Notes under the pieces: generated by a model
Told to the model about the DNA's origin: nothing
The model's database searches: none
The model's input: the letters and a program-made list of their open reading frames with translations, nothing else
Shown: positions 1 through 9,875 of the stretch, in pieces
Layout: every line of letters starts with the position of its first letter
How positions within the stretch are numbered: the stretch's first letter is position 1
Position numbers and translations under genes: made by a program
DNA from: a virus
Strand: one strand, 5' to 3'
Virus genome (UHGV): UHGV-1366123
DNA length: 64,000 bases

Positions 1-137
1 ATTGGTCTCCAGAGAAGGCATATGAACAATTCATCACACACTTCTATAAGTACACTTACCTCATCGAAAAGTATAAGGGAAAGGAAGTGTTGACGAAGTT
101 TGGTGTTAACACAGAGAAATAAAAAACCTCCGCACTT

Positions 138-1109
138 ATGATAGATCAGTTATTCGTATCAAAGTTCTCTCCGAAGAAGCTATCCGCATTTGTTCTTCCA
201 CAGAGAATTAAGGACATGTTCAAAGATGAAGATGATCCACTCAGACAGTCTATGATCTTCTATGGTCTTCAAGGATGTGGGAAGTCAAGTCTTGCGAAAT
301 ACCTCGGTAAGAAGTACGTTTTCTTGTACATCAATGCATCGACAAACGGAAGAATTGAAGATCTTCGAGACATGGTCACAGAATTCTGTGATTCTTCCCC
401 ACTTATCTGGGATGATGGGGTGAAATCTGATCGAAAGGTAGTCCTTTTTGATGAGATAAATGGCGCATCCGCACAATTCTTTGAAGGTCTCAAAGGGTTC
501 ATGGAAGAATACTCATCAGTTATCTTCCTTGCAACAACGAACCACTTCCACAAGATACCAGATCCGATCAAGTCAAGAATGGTTTCGGTCGACTTCACAC
601 CTCAGAACAAAGAAGAAGAAGAACAGATCTTGAAAGGATACAAATCAAGAATTGGGAAGATCCTCGAAGGTTGTGGGATCGAGTGCTCGGAAGAAGGATT
701 CGAAATGCTGATGAAGAAGTATTACCCAGATTTTCGATCAACCTTGAACTTCCTGCAGAGCGTCTACAACGGATCGAAGATAGTCGACAAGAACTCGATA
801 TCGTCCTATGGTGACAGATTCTCCGAAATCTACGACATGATTCTTGACAAATCGGCAAATCCTGTCGACATTCATAAGCTCCTCGGTGGTGACTATTCAT
901 CAATGGCTTCCGAAATCATAGAATCGCTAGATACTGACTTCATCGAATACATGACTGGGAAACTCGGTTCTTCGATGACATCTGCAATTCCCACGATTTG
1001 TATTGTGGTCTGTGATCATCTTTACAAACTGCAAATGTCGGTCGATCCTATGATCGTCTTGAAGTCATGTGTATTCACGCTAAACAACTATTATAAATCC
1101 CTGAAATGA
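138..1109 (+). CDS. Sliding-clamp loader large subunit (AAA+ ATPase, T4 gp44/RFC-like)
   Basis: Walker A GLQGCGKSS, Walker B VVLFDEING, sensor-1 LATTNH, SRMV arginine-finger region; domain order as in RFC small subunit/gp44. Confidence 0.75.
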   Translation: MIDQLFVSKFSPKKLSAFVLPQRIKDMFKDEDDPLRQSMIFYGLQGCGKSSLAKYLGKKYVFLYINASTNGRIEDLRDMVTEFCDSSPLIWDDGVKSDRKVVLFDEINGASAQFFEGLKGFMEEYSSVIFLATTNHFHKIPDPIKSRMVSVDFTPQNKEEEEQILKGYKSRIGKILEGCGIECSEEGFEMLMKKYYPDFRSTLNFLQSVYNGSKIVDKNSISSYGDRFSEIYDMILDKSANPVDIHKLLGGDYSSMASEIIESLDTDFIEYMTGKLGSSMTSAIPTICIVVCDHLYKLQMSVDPMIVLKSCVFTLNNYYKSLK

Positions 1110-1408
1110 AAGCCATGGATTCAATAAAAGTGAGACAATCACTTCTCAGTGTTTACAAGAAATACGGATTATCGTGTAAGTATGAAAGTTCATCAATATC
1201 TTCTGGGATTATGAAGATACACCAAGAGACCTGCCATAAGTTAGGAAGTGTCGTCACGAATATCACTTTCGACGACAAGTCCAACATCTGCACCATAACA
1301 CATAACGATGGTGAGAAATGGTCTACGAAGTCATTCAGATTCACGTCATCTGAAGAATTCTTGTCATTGTACGACAAAACGATCGATGAGCTTCTGAACA
1401 AAAAGTAG
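1106..1408 (+). CDS. hypothetical protein (ATGA overlap with upstream gene; could be a clamp-loader partner)
   Basis: ORF with start overlapping the stop of the clamp loader; no recognisable motif. Confidence 0.4.
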   Translation: MKAMDSIKVRQSLLSVYKKYGLSCKYESSSISSGIMKIHQETCHKLGSVVTNITFDDKSNICTITHNDGEKWSTKSFRFTSSEEFLSLYDKTIDELLNKK

Positions 1409-1493
1409 GAAGACAAAAAAGAACGGTAGTTGGAAGATTGGTGATGAGCAATGCCTAAAAAACGTTGCTCATCATCTGTATTATAGAACTTAT

Positions 1494-1832
1494 GTGGAAA
1501 CTAATAATAACAACAAATCAATCAGTCAAACACTTATGGACAAACAAGAACTCGAAAAGATCGTAAAACCACTCTGTTGGAGAAGCTATGACAACGGAAG
1601 AGTTATCACCGCAGAAACAGTCTTGAAGTACAATCTGAAACTTGAAAAGGTAGGTGAATGCTACTTGGTTCACAGAATATACTCGGATAATGACTGCTTA
1701 GAGTATAACAAACCAGTCACGCTTCAAACTGCAAAAGATATCGCATGGACTGCTTATCTTCATACGATAGGTTGTATGATGGAAACTGTAACACAAGACG
1801 ACAACGATAATGGCAAAGGCAAGAGTAAGTAA
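1494..1832 (+). CDS. hypothetical protein
   Basis: ORF only. Confidence 0.35.
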   Translation: METNNNNKSISQTLMDKQELEKIVKPLCWRSYDNGRVITAETVLKYNLKLEKVGECYLVHRIYSDNDCLEYNKPVTLQTAKDIAWTAYLHTIGCMMETVTQDDNDNGKGKSK

Positions 1833-2211
1833 AGGAGCGTTTTCTTTTATCGATAAATTCCTCGATGATTGGCGCAAGGAAAAGGTAAGTGATGTCGATG
1901 AGGTCGTCGCATTTGTGAATGATTGTATTGACAAGCTACAGTCGTTGACAAACTTTGAAGTGTACTCACGAGAAACAAAAGTGTCTGATGGAACGTTCAA
2001 TATAAGTTGCGAAATGGAGGGAGACGAATACGGATTCGTGAGAGTTTATGCAACGCTGTTCGACGATCATAGTTACTACGCATCTTTGACTTATATCGAC
2101 AACGACACCCACGAGATTATCGATGGTCAGATATCAGTAAAGAAGAAGACGACAATGATCCAGAAGATGCAAGAGTTCGTGGAAAGTGTAGAACGTAAAA
2201 TCGGGAAGTAG
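1810..2211 (+). CDS. hypothetical protein
   Basis: ORF only; overlaps previous ORF by 23 nt. Confidence 0.4.
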   Translation: MAKARVSKGAFSFIDKFLDDWRKEKVSDVDEVVAFVNDCIDKLQSLTNFEVYSRETKVSDGTFNISCEMEGDEYGFVRVYATLFDDHSYYASLTYIDNDTHEIIDGQISVKKKTTMIQKMQEFVESVERKIGK

Positions 2212-2214
2212 TTT

Positions 2215-2655
2215 ATGGGATTTTTAAAGGCATTGAAGGATTTCGTGAACAAGAGAGGTGTTGTGAACACGAAAAGATCGTATGTTCACACAGATGATCT
2301 TCGTCTCAATCCTTCTTCTGAGCACCAAATATCAGAGGTCACAAAGTATGACATTGTACCTCATAACATGGTCGTGATAGCCACTCATGGAACTGGCTAC
2401 TTTGTACGTAGTGAAGATTGTCACACATACAAGGAAACAAACACGACGTGCTATGACTTCATACTTGAGAATCAATATGATGGATCGTTTGTGGATATCG
2501 TCATAAACTACGAAAGTGATGGAAATGGAGAAGGGAAGATCTGTAACATTTCCATGGCGTACGAATATGAAAACGACTCATCAATCGAAAACGTATCGAA
2601 AGATGAAGCGATAAAGTTTATGGCTTCATTCCTACAAAGAACTCTGCTATTATGA
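2215..2655 (+). CDS. hypothetical protein
   Basis: ORF only; its stop overlaps the first TATGACA iteron. Confidence 0.4.
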   Translation: MGFLKALKDFVNKRGVVNTKRSYVHTDDLRLNPSSEHQISEVTKYDIVPHNMVVIATHGTGYFVRSEDCHTYKETNTTCYDFILENQYDGSFVDIVINYESDGNGEGKICNISMAYEYENDSSIENVSKDEAIKFMASFLQRTLLL

Positions 2656-2835
2656 CAGAGTATGACACGAACGGATATGACAGACATATGACAAAGATGA
2701 CAGACGTATGACAAAGATGACAGACGTATGACAATTTTGTCATGACAACGATAATTTGGCACGATTTTTGTTATAATTATTATGAAAGATCGATCACTCG
2801 GATCAATCAACTTCAACCCAACATAAACAACAACA
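2651..2835 (+). promoter_or_regulatory. Iteron-plus-promoter cassette, copy A: about nine TGACA/TATGACA repeats at roughly 10-bp spacing, a TTGTCATGACAA palindrome, then a sigma70-like promoter (TTGGCA, ~16 nt, TATTAT)
   Basis: Direct reading; about 130 bp nearly identical to 49478-49641. Confidence 0.6.
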
Positions 2836-3516
2836 ATGACTATGACAACAACGGCAACCATACAAGACAAACTCGACAAGAACGTAGAGTTTGTTTGTTC
2901 ATTGTACAAGGCACGATTCGAAAAGTCGAAGGCTGTACAAGACGAATCGTTATACCACGTAACGTACACGATCACCTGTGAAGATTCCCACACTATCATC
3001 TTCCACGCAAACCTCTTTCCGAAAATGTTCGGGATGGTCATCAATGATCTACTGAATAATAATGAATCTTCAATGATCGTGGAGACACTTGAAAACGAAG
3101 ATGACTACGCAGAAAAAGTCGTGTCGACGCTTTCGGGTCTCATGTCTTACAAGAAATCAGAAGATGAAGAGGATCATTCTTCTGCAGACATGTACGACCT
3201 CGTAGGTTTTGCGGTTGGTGCAACAAAGAACGCCACGTGGGAACACAAATACGGAAAAGACGATATCAAGAAAACCTCATATGATCACTTCATCATCAAT
3301 ATCAACTATGAGGTGACAATGACTATCACACTTGAATATTGGGCAGATGGTCGTCCGTACGTTTCCGAAGTCGATATCCTCACGTTCACCGTACGTACTC
3401 TCAGTGGGACTTATGAGAAGAAGACACTCAACACTACGATATCGGACGCTATGCTTGAATCTGTCGATTTCATCAATCTTGCCAACAGGTTCTCGGGTGG
3501 TAGAATGATAAAATAG
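2836..3516 (+). CDS. hypothetical protein (downstream of iteron-promoter cassette A)
   Basis: ORF begins directly after the conserved leader; no motif recognised. Confidence 0.5.
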   Translation: MTMTTTATIQDKLDKNVEFVCSLYKARFEKSKAVQDESLYHVTYTITCEDSHTIIFHANLFPKMFGMVINDLLNNNESSMIVETLENEDDYAEKVVSTLSGLMSYKKSEDEEDHSSADMYDLVGFAVGATKNATWEHKYGKDDIKKTSYDHFIININYEVTMTITLEYWADGRPYVSEVDILTFTVRTLSGTYEKKTLNTTISDAMLESVDFINLANRFSGGRMIK

Positions 3517-3569
3517 AAACCTCCGTCTCCGTCGAGATCGACATTGACGTTTTTAAATAACACAAGCAA

Positions 3570-3613
3570 GTGAAACCTCGTGATAACAATTATCACGAGG
3601 TTTCACTTTTTTC
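3570..3613 (+). terminator. Rho-independent terminator (17-bp perfect stem GTGAAACCTCGTGATAA/TTATCACGAGGTTTCAC followed by TTTTTT)
   Basis: seen in sequence. Confidence 0.8.
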
Positions 3614-3673
3614 GAAAATATCAATATCAATATCGATCATCGATCATAATCATCATTATCAACATCCATCAAT

Positions 3674-4306
3674 ATGTTAGAGGTAGATTTAGCAAAGCTG
3701 GTAGTCTCTCATTTCTCCAAAGACTGTGAAGTGTATCAAGAAGTGAAAGCTTGTTCTTCACGTGTCATTGATATCGTGGTTCGTAGGAAATCGGGACTTA
3801 TGGCAATAGAAACCAAAGTGACGTTGAATATGAAACTTTGGGAACAGGCATTCAAGAACAAGAAGTGGTGTAATTACTCTTTCATCGCAATTCCCGAGAA
3901 CATCTATAGGAAATCTCGACGAAAGATGATCTCTGGTATATGCAGAGGTCTGAACATTGGTATCATTGTTGTAGATTTTGATGGAAATGTAAGCATTCAG
4001 TACAACCCTGCAGAAGAAATCCCCACACAAACCTTAAAGCTGTACGACGAACAGAAGTCGTTCGCTCTTGCAGGAAGTGGCGGTGTTCCATACTTTACAC
4101 CATTTAAGAAGACCGTCTCCGAGATCAAGAAGTATCTCGAAAAGCATGGGAAGTCAGAACTGGTAACCGTGATCAAGTCTATTGATCATCACTACAAAAC
4201 AGAGCAATCTGCAATACAGTCGATTCGAAATTATGCTTCCAAAGGTGTTTTAAAAGGTATTGTCTCGTCGGAAGACGGTAGGTATTTAGAGCTTTCCCAA
4301 CCTTAA
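3674..4306 (+). CDS. PD-(D/E)xK-fold nuclease-like protein
   Basis: Motif ...VIDIVV...(x13)...AIETKV fits the D-(x)n-E-x-K restriction-endonuclease-like core; C-terminal helical region. Confidence 0.45.
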   Translation: MLEVDLAKLVVSHFSKDCEVYQEVKACSSRVIDIVVRRKSGLMAIETKVTLNMKLWEQAFKNKKWCNYSFIAIPENIYRKSRRKMISGICRGLNIGIIVVDFDGNVSIQYNPAEEIPTQTLKLYDEQKSFALAGSGGVPYFTPFKKTVSEIKKYLEKHGKSELVTVIKSIDHHYKTEQSAIQSIRNYASKGVLKGIVSSEDGRYLELSQP

Positions 4307-4315
4307 ATAAGCAAA
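4304..4315 (+). promoter_or_regulatory. Putative late promoter motif TAAATAAGCAAA
   Basis: Member of a recurring 12-mer 20-30 nt upstream of structural-gene start codons. Confidence 0.5.
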
Positions 4316-4336
4316 CAATTCAAGAAAGACTATCCA

Positions 4337-6292
4337 ATGAGTAACAATAAAAATGTTGTAATCTTTGAGAACCATAGCGTTCCAATGAATCGTGTAAATG
4401 AATCGTTGGAAACCGCAAATGGGGTCAAAGATTACGTCTTTGAGGGTGTCTGTGCTACCTTTAATGGGAAAAACGAAAACGCAAGATTCTACGATAGAGA
4501 CGAGTATCTTCGTCATGTTGAATACCTTCAGAAGGAAATAGAACAGAACTCTCTGGCAGGATCTCTTGATCACCCAGATGGTGATGAAGAGGACGAAACG
4601 AAGGACATCTTCACCCCTAAAATGAAGGATCTGTCCCACCTCATCACAAAGCTTTGGTACAAGCCAGAGACTGATGAAGTCTGGATCAGAATCAAGCTTC
4701 TTGATACTGAATGGGGTAAGGATGCTAAGGCTTGTGTTGATGCTGGTATGCCACTGTTCATTAGCTCAAGATCATCTGGTTTCATTGACAAAGATGGGCG
4801 AGTATGGCTTGCACAAATTCACACATACGATATCGTCTACAGACCTGGGTTTGGTAACGCTAAACTTTCTCCAGTCCTCGAATCATTCGATGGAAAGAGC
4901 ACATATCTCAGCGTCTACTCACGCCAGAAGGAAGTAGACAGCACTGAATCTGAAAATACTAATATGGAAAAAAAGACTTATAAACTAAGCGAACTCACAA
5001 AGGAAGATGTTCTCTCGCTTCTGTTCAATCCTTCGGTGAAGGGAGCTTATGATTTCACGAGTGATGTGATCGAAAAACTCGACGAATTCTTCGATTATCC
5101 AAAGTTTATCGATTACTTCAATGAAAACGATCCAATGCTTTCTGACGCAATCGTGAACTACTTCATGGATTGTGGAAGATACGTTTATGATGATGGTACT
5201 TCTTGTGAAAATATCGCCGACTTCATAAAGATCGAAGTTGGTCGTGCATGTGACGACTATTTCGCAGAAATCAAGCAGACGTTCAAGGACAACTTCGGGG
5301 ATTTTGTTGAAGAAGGTGATGGAAAGGTAGACATCGATCGTTATGCTCGCATCATCGAAGAAAGCAAGAAATCAAAGAGAAATGTTCTGCGCAAGATCCA
5401 GTCGGTGAACGAATGCGAATCTGTGAAGTTGGTAGTTTCTGATTTCTGCAATGATCCTTCTTACGGATATGAAGATAAGTTCGAAGTCGCCAGAGAGTTC
5501 TTCGTCAAGTATCCCGAATATGGCGTAGTTGTCGATGATTGTTCTATGGAAGATGTTGTTCTTATCGCTTGTGATATGAAGAACGACTGCATCTATGACG
5601 AGATCGAGAACTCTGAAGTCAGAACCAAGAACGAAATCGCAGATGTCAAGCGTATTGTCAACAAGCTTTATGCTCAGATCAACCAAGACAGAGCAGAATA
5701 TAAGCAGACGATAAACTCACTCGTTCGAAATGTAAACCAAGTCCTCGAAGAGTACAAGGCAGATATCGAAAGTGCATTCATCACGATTGATGAAATCCGT
5801 GACGATGTTTACAACATAATCTCATGGATCGAATCAAACAACAGTGCACTTGACAAGTCAGAGGAAGTTGCACAGATCTCCAAGAAGCTGGATGATGCTA
5901 CCCAGAGCTTTAGTCAGAAGATTGGTGAAATCGAAGCATCACAGGATGCGGTAATGTCTCACGTAGACAATATCGAAAGTGATGTTTCCCTTATTGCCGA
6001 ATCTGCAAACAGAACGAAGCAGATGGTGAAGGAATCTGCAACGGCACGAAAGATTGAAGATGCGACAAGCATTGGTTCAAGAATCAACAACGTCATCGAG
6101 ACGATCAAGGCACAAACACCCGCTTTCCGTGTGTTTGAATCTGACGGTTCTCTCTACGTTCCTAACAGATTTGCAAAGAGTTATAACTCGCTCGACGAAG
6201 ACCAGAAGACTTTCGTCAAGTCTGTTTTTGAAACAAAGAATCCGAGATCTAAATCGGAATTCTTCTCCATTTGGGATTCTCTCGGTCTTTAA
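4337..6292 (+). CDS. Prohead core protease (T4 gp21-like) fused to an acidic coiled-coil scaffold-like C-terminal region
   Basis: N-terminal region with LDHPDG resembling the gp21 GHADHP active-site histidine block; long acidic/coiled-coil C-terminus; immediately upstream of the major capsid gene. Confidence 0.55.
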   Translation: MSNNKNVVIFENHSVPMNRVNESLETANGVKDYVFEGVCATFNGKNENARFYDRDEYLRHVEYLQKEIEQNSLAGSLDHPDGDEEDETKDIFTPKMKDLSHLITKLWYKPETDEVWIRIKLLDTEWGKDAKACVDAGMPLFISSRSSGFIDKDGRVWLAQIHTYDIVYRPGFGNAKLSPVLESFDGKSTYLSVYSRQKEVDSTESENTNMEKKTYKLSELTKEDVLSLLFNPSVKGAYDFTSDVIEKLDEFFDYPKFIDYFNENDPMLSDAIVNYFMDCGRYVYDDGTSCENIADFIKIEVGRACDDYFAEIKQTFKDNFGDFVEEGDGKVDIDRYARIIEESKKSKRNVLRKIQSVNECESVKLVVSDFCNDPSYGYEDKFEVAREFFVKYPEYGVVVDDCSMEDVVLIACDMKNDCIYDEIENSEVRTKNEIADVKRIVNKLYAQINQDRAEYKQTINSLVRNVNQVLEEYKADIESAFITIDEIRDDVYNIISWIESNNSALDKSEEVAQISKKLDDATQSFSQKIGEIEASQDAVMSHVDNIESDVSLIAESANRTKQMVKESATARKIEDATSIGSRINNVIETIKAQTPAFRVFESDGSLYVPNRFAKSYNSLDEDQKTFVKSVFETKNPRSKSEFFSIWDSLGL

Positions 6293-6312
6293 TGACCGAG
6301 AGAAATCTCTCC

Positions 6313-6324
6313 TAAATAACGAAA
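6313..6324 (+). promoter_or_regulatory. Putative late promoter motif TAAATAACGAAA (upstream of major capsid gene)
   Basis: recurring 12-mer. Confidence 0.55.
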
Positions 6325-6351
6325 TCAAAATTATAACAAAAGAAGATTTAT

Positions 6352-7974
6352 ATGACTAAGATAAATGAAGGTCTTCTCAACAGAGTGGTCAATGAACACT
6401 CTTCTAAGTTGAGAAAGCTGTTTAAGGACAGAGGTTATTCTGTCAATGAGTCTCGACTTCGTGATATCGCCCTCATGGCTCACACCAGAAAGATTTACGA
6501 AAGTGCTTCTAATGGTGCTAATGTCCCAGGTCGTGGTGCATTCTCATTCGGATCGGCTACTGAGCGTGGTTCTGCAGAAATGTTCGACAGACTCTTCACG
6601 GTGTTCGTAGACACTGCAGCTACTAACGTTGGTTTCGACCTCCTGCACGTAGCTCCTATGACGAAGAGCAACATCACGATGGTTGTCGCAGAACCAGTTT
6701 ATGCTGGTGGTAAGAAGGAATCTGCAAATGGTAATCACCTGCAGGTCTTCCAGATCAAGGCAAAGACCACGACGAGTGCTGATCCTCTGAAGGTAGGTAC
6801 GAAGTACGAAATCAAGGAAACTGGTGGTGCAACGAAGGTTGCTGAAGCCAAGTTCATCGGCATCCATCAGTACAATGGTAACTTCATCTTCGATCTCGTA
6901 AGTGTTGAAGCCACTCATAAGGACAAGGTTCTTGCAGAAATCCTCGAAAACGCAGAAATCACCTCGGGTAGCGGTAAGTGGGTTCTCAGTGGTAACACTG
7001 TAGACTACGTAAACGGCTTCACGAACTTCATCGCTGGTTTCTCGGGTTCTGGTCTTCAGAACAACGATCCTTTCCACGTTGGTCGTAACAACGGTAAGAC
7101 GCTGTTCAAGCCAATGTCACGTGAAGTTGGTGAAACGCAGGGTGCACGTACTCTTGGTACGAAGATGTGGAACAGAACGTTCTCTGCAGAAACCTTCCAC
7201 GTTGACCTCTCTCTGACGACGGAGCAGATTCAGGATGCTCGCATGGATCACGACTTCGACATGCTTGAATTCTCTGAAGAAATCATGAAGAATGACCTCG
7301 ATCAGTCTATCAATGATCACATTCTTTCTATGATCTTCGCTTCGGGTTGGGATCATCACGTTGCTATCAACAAGCTCTCCAACATCAACCTCAACGCAAA
7401 CTTCGGTACTGGTACTGGTGCAACGCAGGAATTTGTTGGTCTTGATGGTGAACTCAAGCAGATCTCTGGTGCAACCTCTGTTCTCCCTGCTGTTGGTGCA
7501 ATCGCAGAAAACCTTTCCACCCTGCAGAAGAGAATCATCACGAGAATGTTCTTCGCTTCTACGATCATCAAGAATCGTGGTCGTGTAGGTGCAGGTAACA
7601 CCGCTGTTGTCAATGGTACGAACTCTACGGCTATCCGTGACGTTCGTGGTTTTGCTATCGCCCCATTTGAAAACACGCTTCAGACGCAGTCATCCCTCGC
7701 CCACCTCGGTCAGTTCTACGGAATTGATGTCTTCGAAGATGGTCTGATGGATCTGAACGACTGCCGTGTGGCTGTCTTCAACAAGGGTGGTGAAAAGACC
7801 CCAGGTCTCGCATTCTGCCCATACATCCTCGGTGAAAAGGTTGAAACCGTCGCTGAAGGTACGATGGAGAAGAAGTTCAGACTTAAGTCTCGCTACGTTA
7901 TCGCTGAACGTGGTTCTCATCCAGAAGCTCAGTACATGACGTTCGTAGTAGAAGGTAGCGACAAGCTCGTCTAA
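6352..7974 (+). CDS. Major capsid protein (T4 gp23-like, HK97 fold)
   Basis: 540 aa; position after protease/scaffold; extreme codon bias (ggt/cgt/gaa/aac) typical of the most highly expressed late gene; overall gp23-like composition. Confidence 0.7.
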   Translation: MTKINEGLLNRVVNEHSSKLRKLFKDRGYSVNESRLRDIALMAHTRKIYESASNGANVPGRGAFSFGSATERGSAEMFDRLFTVFVDTAATNVGFDLLHVAPMTKSNITMVVAEPVYAGGKKESANGNHLQVFQIKAKTTTSADPLKVGTKYEIKETGGATKVAEAKFIGIHQYNGNFIFDLVSVEATHKDKVLAEILENAEITSGSGKWVLSGNTVDYVNGFTNFIAGFSGSGLQNNDPFHVGRNNGKTLFKPMSREVGETQGARTLGTKMWNRTFSAETFHVDLSLTTEQIQDARMDHDFDMLEFSEEIMKNDLDQSINDHILSMIFASGWDHHVAINKLSNINLNANFGTGTGATQEFVGLDGELKQISGATSVLPAVGAIAENLSTLQKRIITRMFFASTIIKNRGRVGAGNTAVVNGTNSTAIRDVRGFAIAPFENTLQTQSSLAHLGQFYGIDVFEDGLMDLNDCRVAVFNKGGEKTPGLAFCPYILGEKVETVAEGTMEKKFRLKSRYVIAERGSHPEAQYMTFVVEGSDKLV

Positions 7975-8003
7975 ACGAAGCCACGAAAATACACTCTCCT
8001 TTT

Positions 8004-8046
8004 TTGAGGGGCTGATGAACCATCTTGAGGTTTGTCAGCCCCTCAA
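8004..8046 (+). terminator. Stem-loop terminator after capsid gene (GAGGGGCTGA...TCAGCCCCTC)
   Basis: 10-12-bp GC-rich stem preceded by TTTTTT; weak U-tract downstream. Confidence 0.55.
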
Positions 8047-8105
8047 AGTGTTTCTAAAATATAAGAAACGTGGAGAAAAATGGTAACATCCATTTATGAA
8101 TTAAT

Positions 8106-9875
8106 ATGGCAAAAACTATCTTTAACGGAAACGCAAAGAGTTTTTCAGAGATCAACCAATTCATAGGAAACTTTGATAAATCTGGTGGTCTGCTCTCTGA
8201 ACACACAACAGCAGAAATCCGAGAATGGGTTCACACAGGTTCTTATGTCCTCAACGCCTGCATATCGGGATCAATCCTCAAAGGTGTACCTTCTGGCAGA
8301 ATCATCACAATATCTGGTGATCCAAAGACTGGGAAATCCTTCGTTCTTCTGTCATGTATGGCACAGTTACAAAAGAAGGGTTATTTCTGCATCTACTTCG
8401 ACACCGAGAACGCCACAAGCTATGACAGATTCATAGCACAAGGTGTTGATCCTCAAGGCGTACGTGTGATTGTACCAGAGACTGTGGCAGACATCACTGT
8501 ACAGCTCACACAGCTCACACAATCACTGCTTGACACCAAGAAGGAATACGAGCAGAAGAACAAGAAGCTTTCCGAAGATGAAAAGCTCGAAATCCCAAAG
8601 GTTGCAGTTTTCATCGATTCACTTTCTGCACTGAACTCATCGAAGCAATTCTCCGATGCTCTAAGTGGTGAAATGAAGCAGGACATGGGGACAGTAGCCA
8701 AGGAAATCAAGCTTCTGTTCAACATGATCACACCTCGTCTTGGGAAGCTCGACATCCCAATGCTCTGTACTGCACATGAATACGAAGCCGATCAAGGGTA
8801 TCAGAAAGTTCGTGTAACAAGCGGTGGTAAAGGGATCACTTACATGGCATCTGTTCTTGTATCTCTTCGTAAGAAGTTCGACCGAGATGAAAACAAGCAG
8901 AAGATGGGTGTCATTGTAACGGCAGGGATCAACGAATCTCGATTCTCGATTCACAGACCAGTAGAGTTTTACATCTCCTTCACAAAGGGGCTTAATGCTT
9001 ACATGGGTTTGCAGGAATTCGTATCATGGAACATCTGTGGGATCGATCGAGGGAGAATGGTGGCGTATATCGACACTGCATCAGAGATATCGAAGAAGAT
9101 CGGTCTTGACAAAACGAAGACTTACTCGACGAAGGAAATAGAACGAGAACTTGCACAGGCAAAGAAGCAAACGTTCTATCAATCTCTGTCATACGACCTC
9201 TACAATGGTCATATTCGAATTGTATCGTCAGATAACACGATCGTACTGCCCGACCTCGTACGTATGATGGAGCAAGATGGGTTTGACTTCACAGAAGATC
9301 TCGAAACAAAGACGATCAAGGACAAACTGATCGTGCACGGCATCTATTCTGATGAAGCAATGGCGAAGATGATCTCGAGCTATATCGACAGCGGTGATGC
9401 TTATATGGTCGGGAATGTGAAACTCGACGTTGCAAAGAATCAGAAACTCAAGTTCAAGAAGTCGATCATCCAGTCGATAAATGATAATTCTTACGAGGAA
9501 AGACTCGTGGAAGTCGAATCTGAACAGACGCAGGAAATCAACGAAAAGAAGGATCAGAAATTCGTATTCACCGAGAAGTTCTTCACAGAAAGATTCGAAG
9601 ATGGAAAGCTTATCCCATCGTCTGTCGAGAAGGTCTGTTTCCCCACACCTACTGGGACTGAATGGGTAGTCCGACATCTCAACAAGTCCTTCAAGAATCT
9701 GGAAATCTTCAACAAACATGTCTTCACTGACGAAATCTTGAAAACGCTTGATGAGAAGGTCATGATTCCTCTGTTCTCTTACAGAGATAAAGAATATGAG
9801 GACATGGACGGTGATCTTTCAAACACCGATATTGAAGAACTTTCCGAAATGGACAAGATTATGAGCGGATTATGA
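8106..9875 (+). CDS. RecA-family recombinase (T4 UvsX-like) with ~200-aa C-terminal extension
   Basis: Walker A GDPKTGKS, Walker B VAVFIDSLSAL, RecA-core order as in UvsX; 589 aa against ~390 aa for UvsX. Confidence 0.7.
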   Translation: MAKTIFNGNAKSFSEINQFIGNFDKSGGLLSEHTTAEIREWVHTGSYVLNACISGSILKGVPSGRIITISGDPKTGKSFVLLSCMAQLQKKGYFCIYFDTENATSYDRFIAQGVDPQGVRVIVPETVADITVQLTQLTQSLLDTKKEYEQKNKKLSEDEKLEIPKVAVFIDSLSALNSSKQFSDALSGEMKQDMGTVAKEIKLLFNMITPRLGKLDIPMLCTAHEYEADQGYQKVRVTSGGKGITYMASVLVSLRKKFDRDENKQKMGVIVTAGINESRFSIHRPVEFYISFTKGLNAYMGLQEFVSWNICGIDRGRMVAYIDTASEISKKIGLDKTKTYSTKEIERELAQAKKQTFYQSLSYDLYNGHIRIVSSDNTIVLPDLVRMMEQDGFDFTEDLETKTIKDKLIVHGIYSDEAMAKMISSYIDSGDAYMVGNVKLDVAKNQKLKFKKSIIQSINDNSYEERLVEVESEQTQEINEKKDQKFVFTEKFFTERFEDGKLIPSSVEKVCFPTPTGTEWVVRHLNKSFKNLEIFNKHVFTDEILKTLDEKVMIPLFSYRDKEYEDMDGDLSNTDIEELSEMDKIMSGL

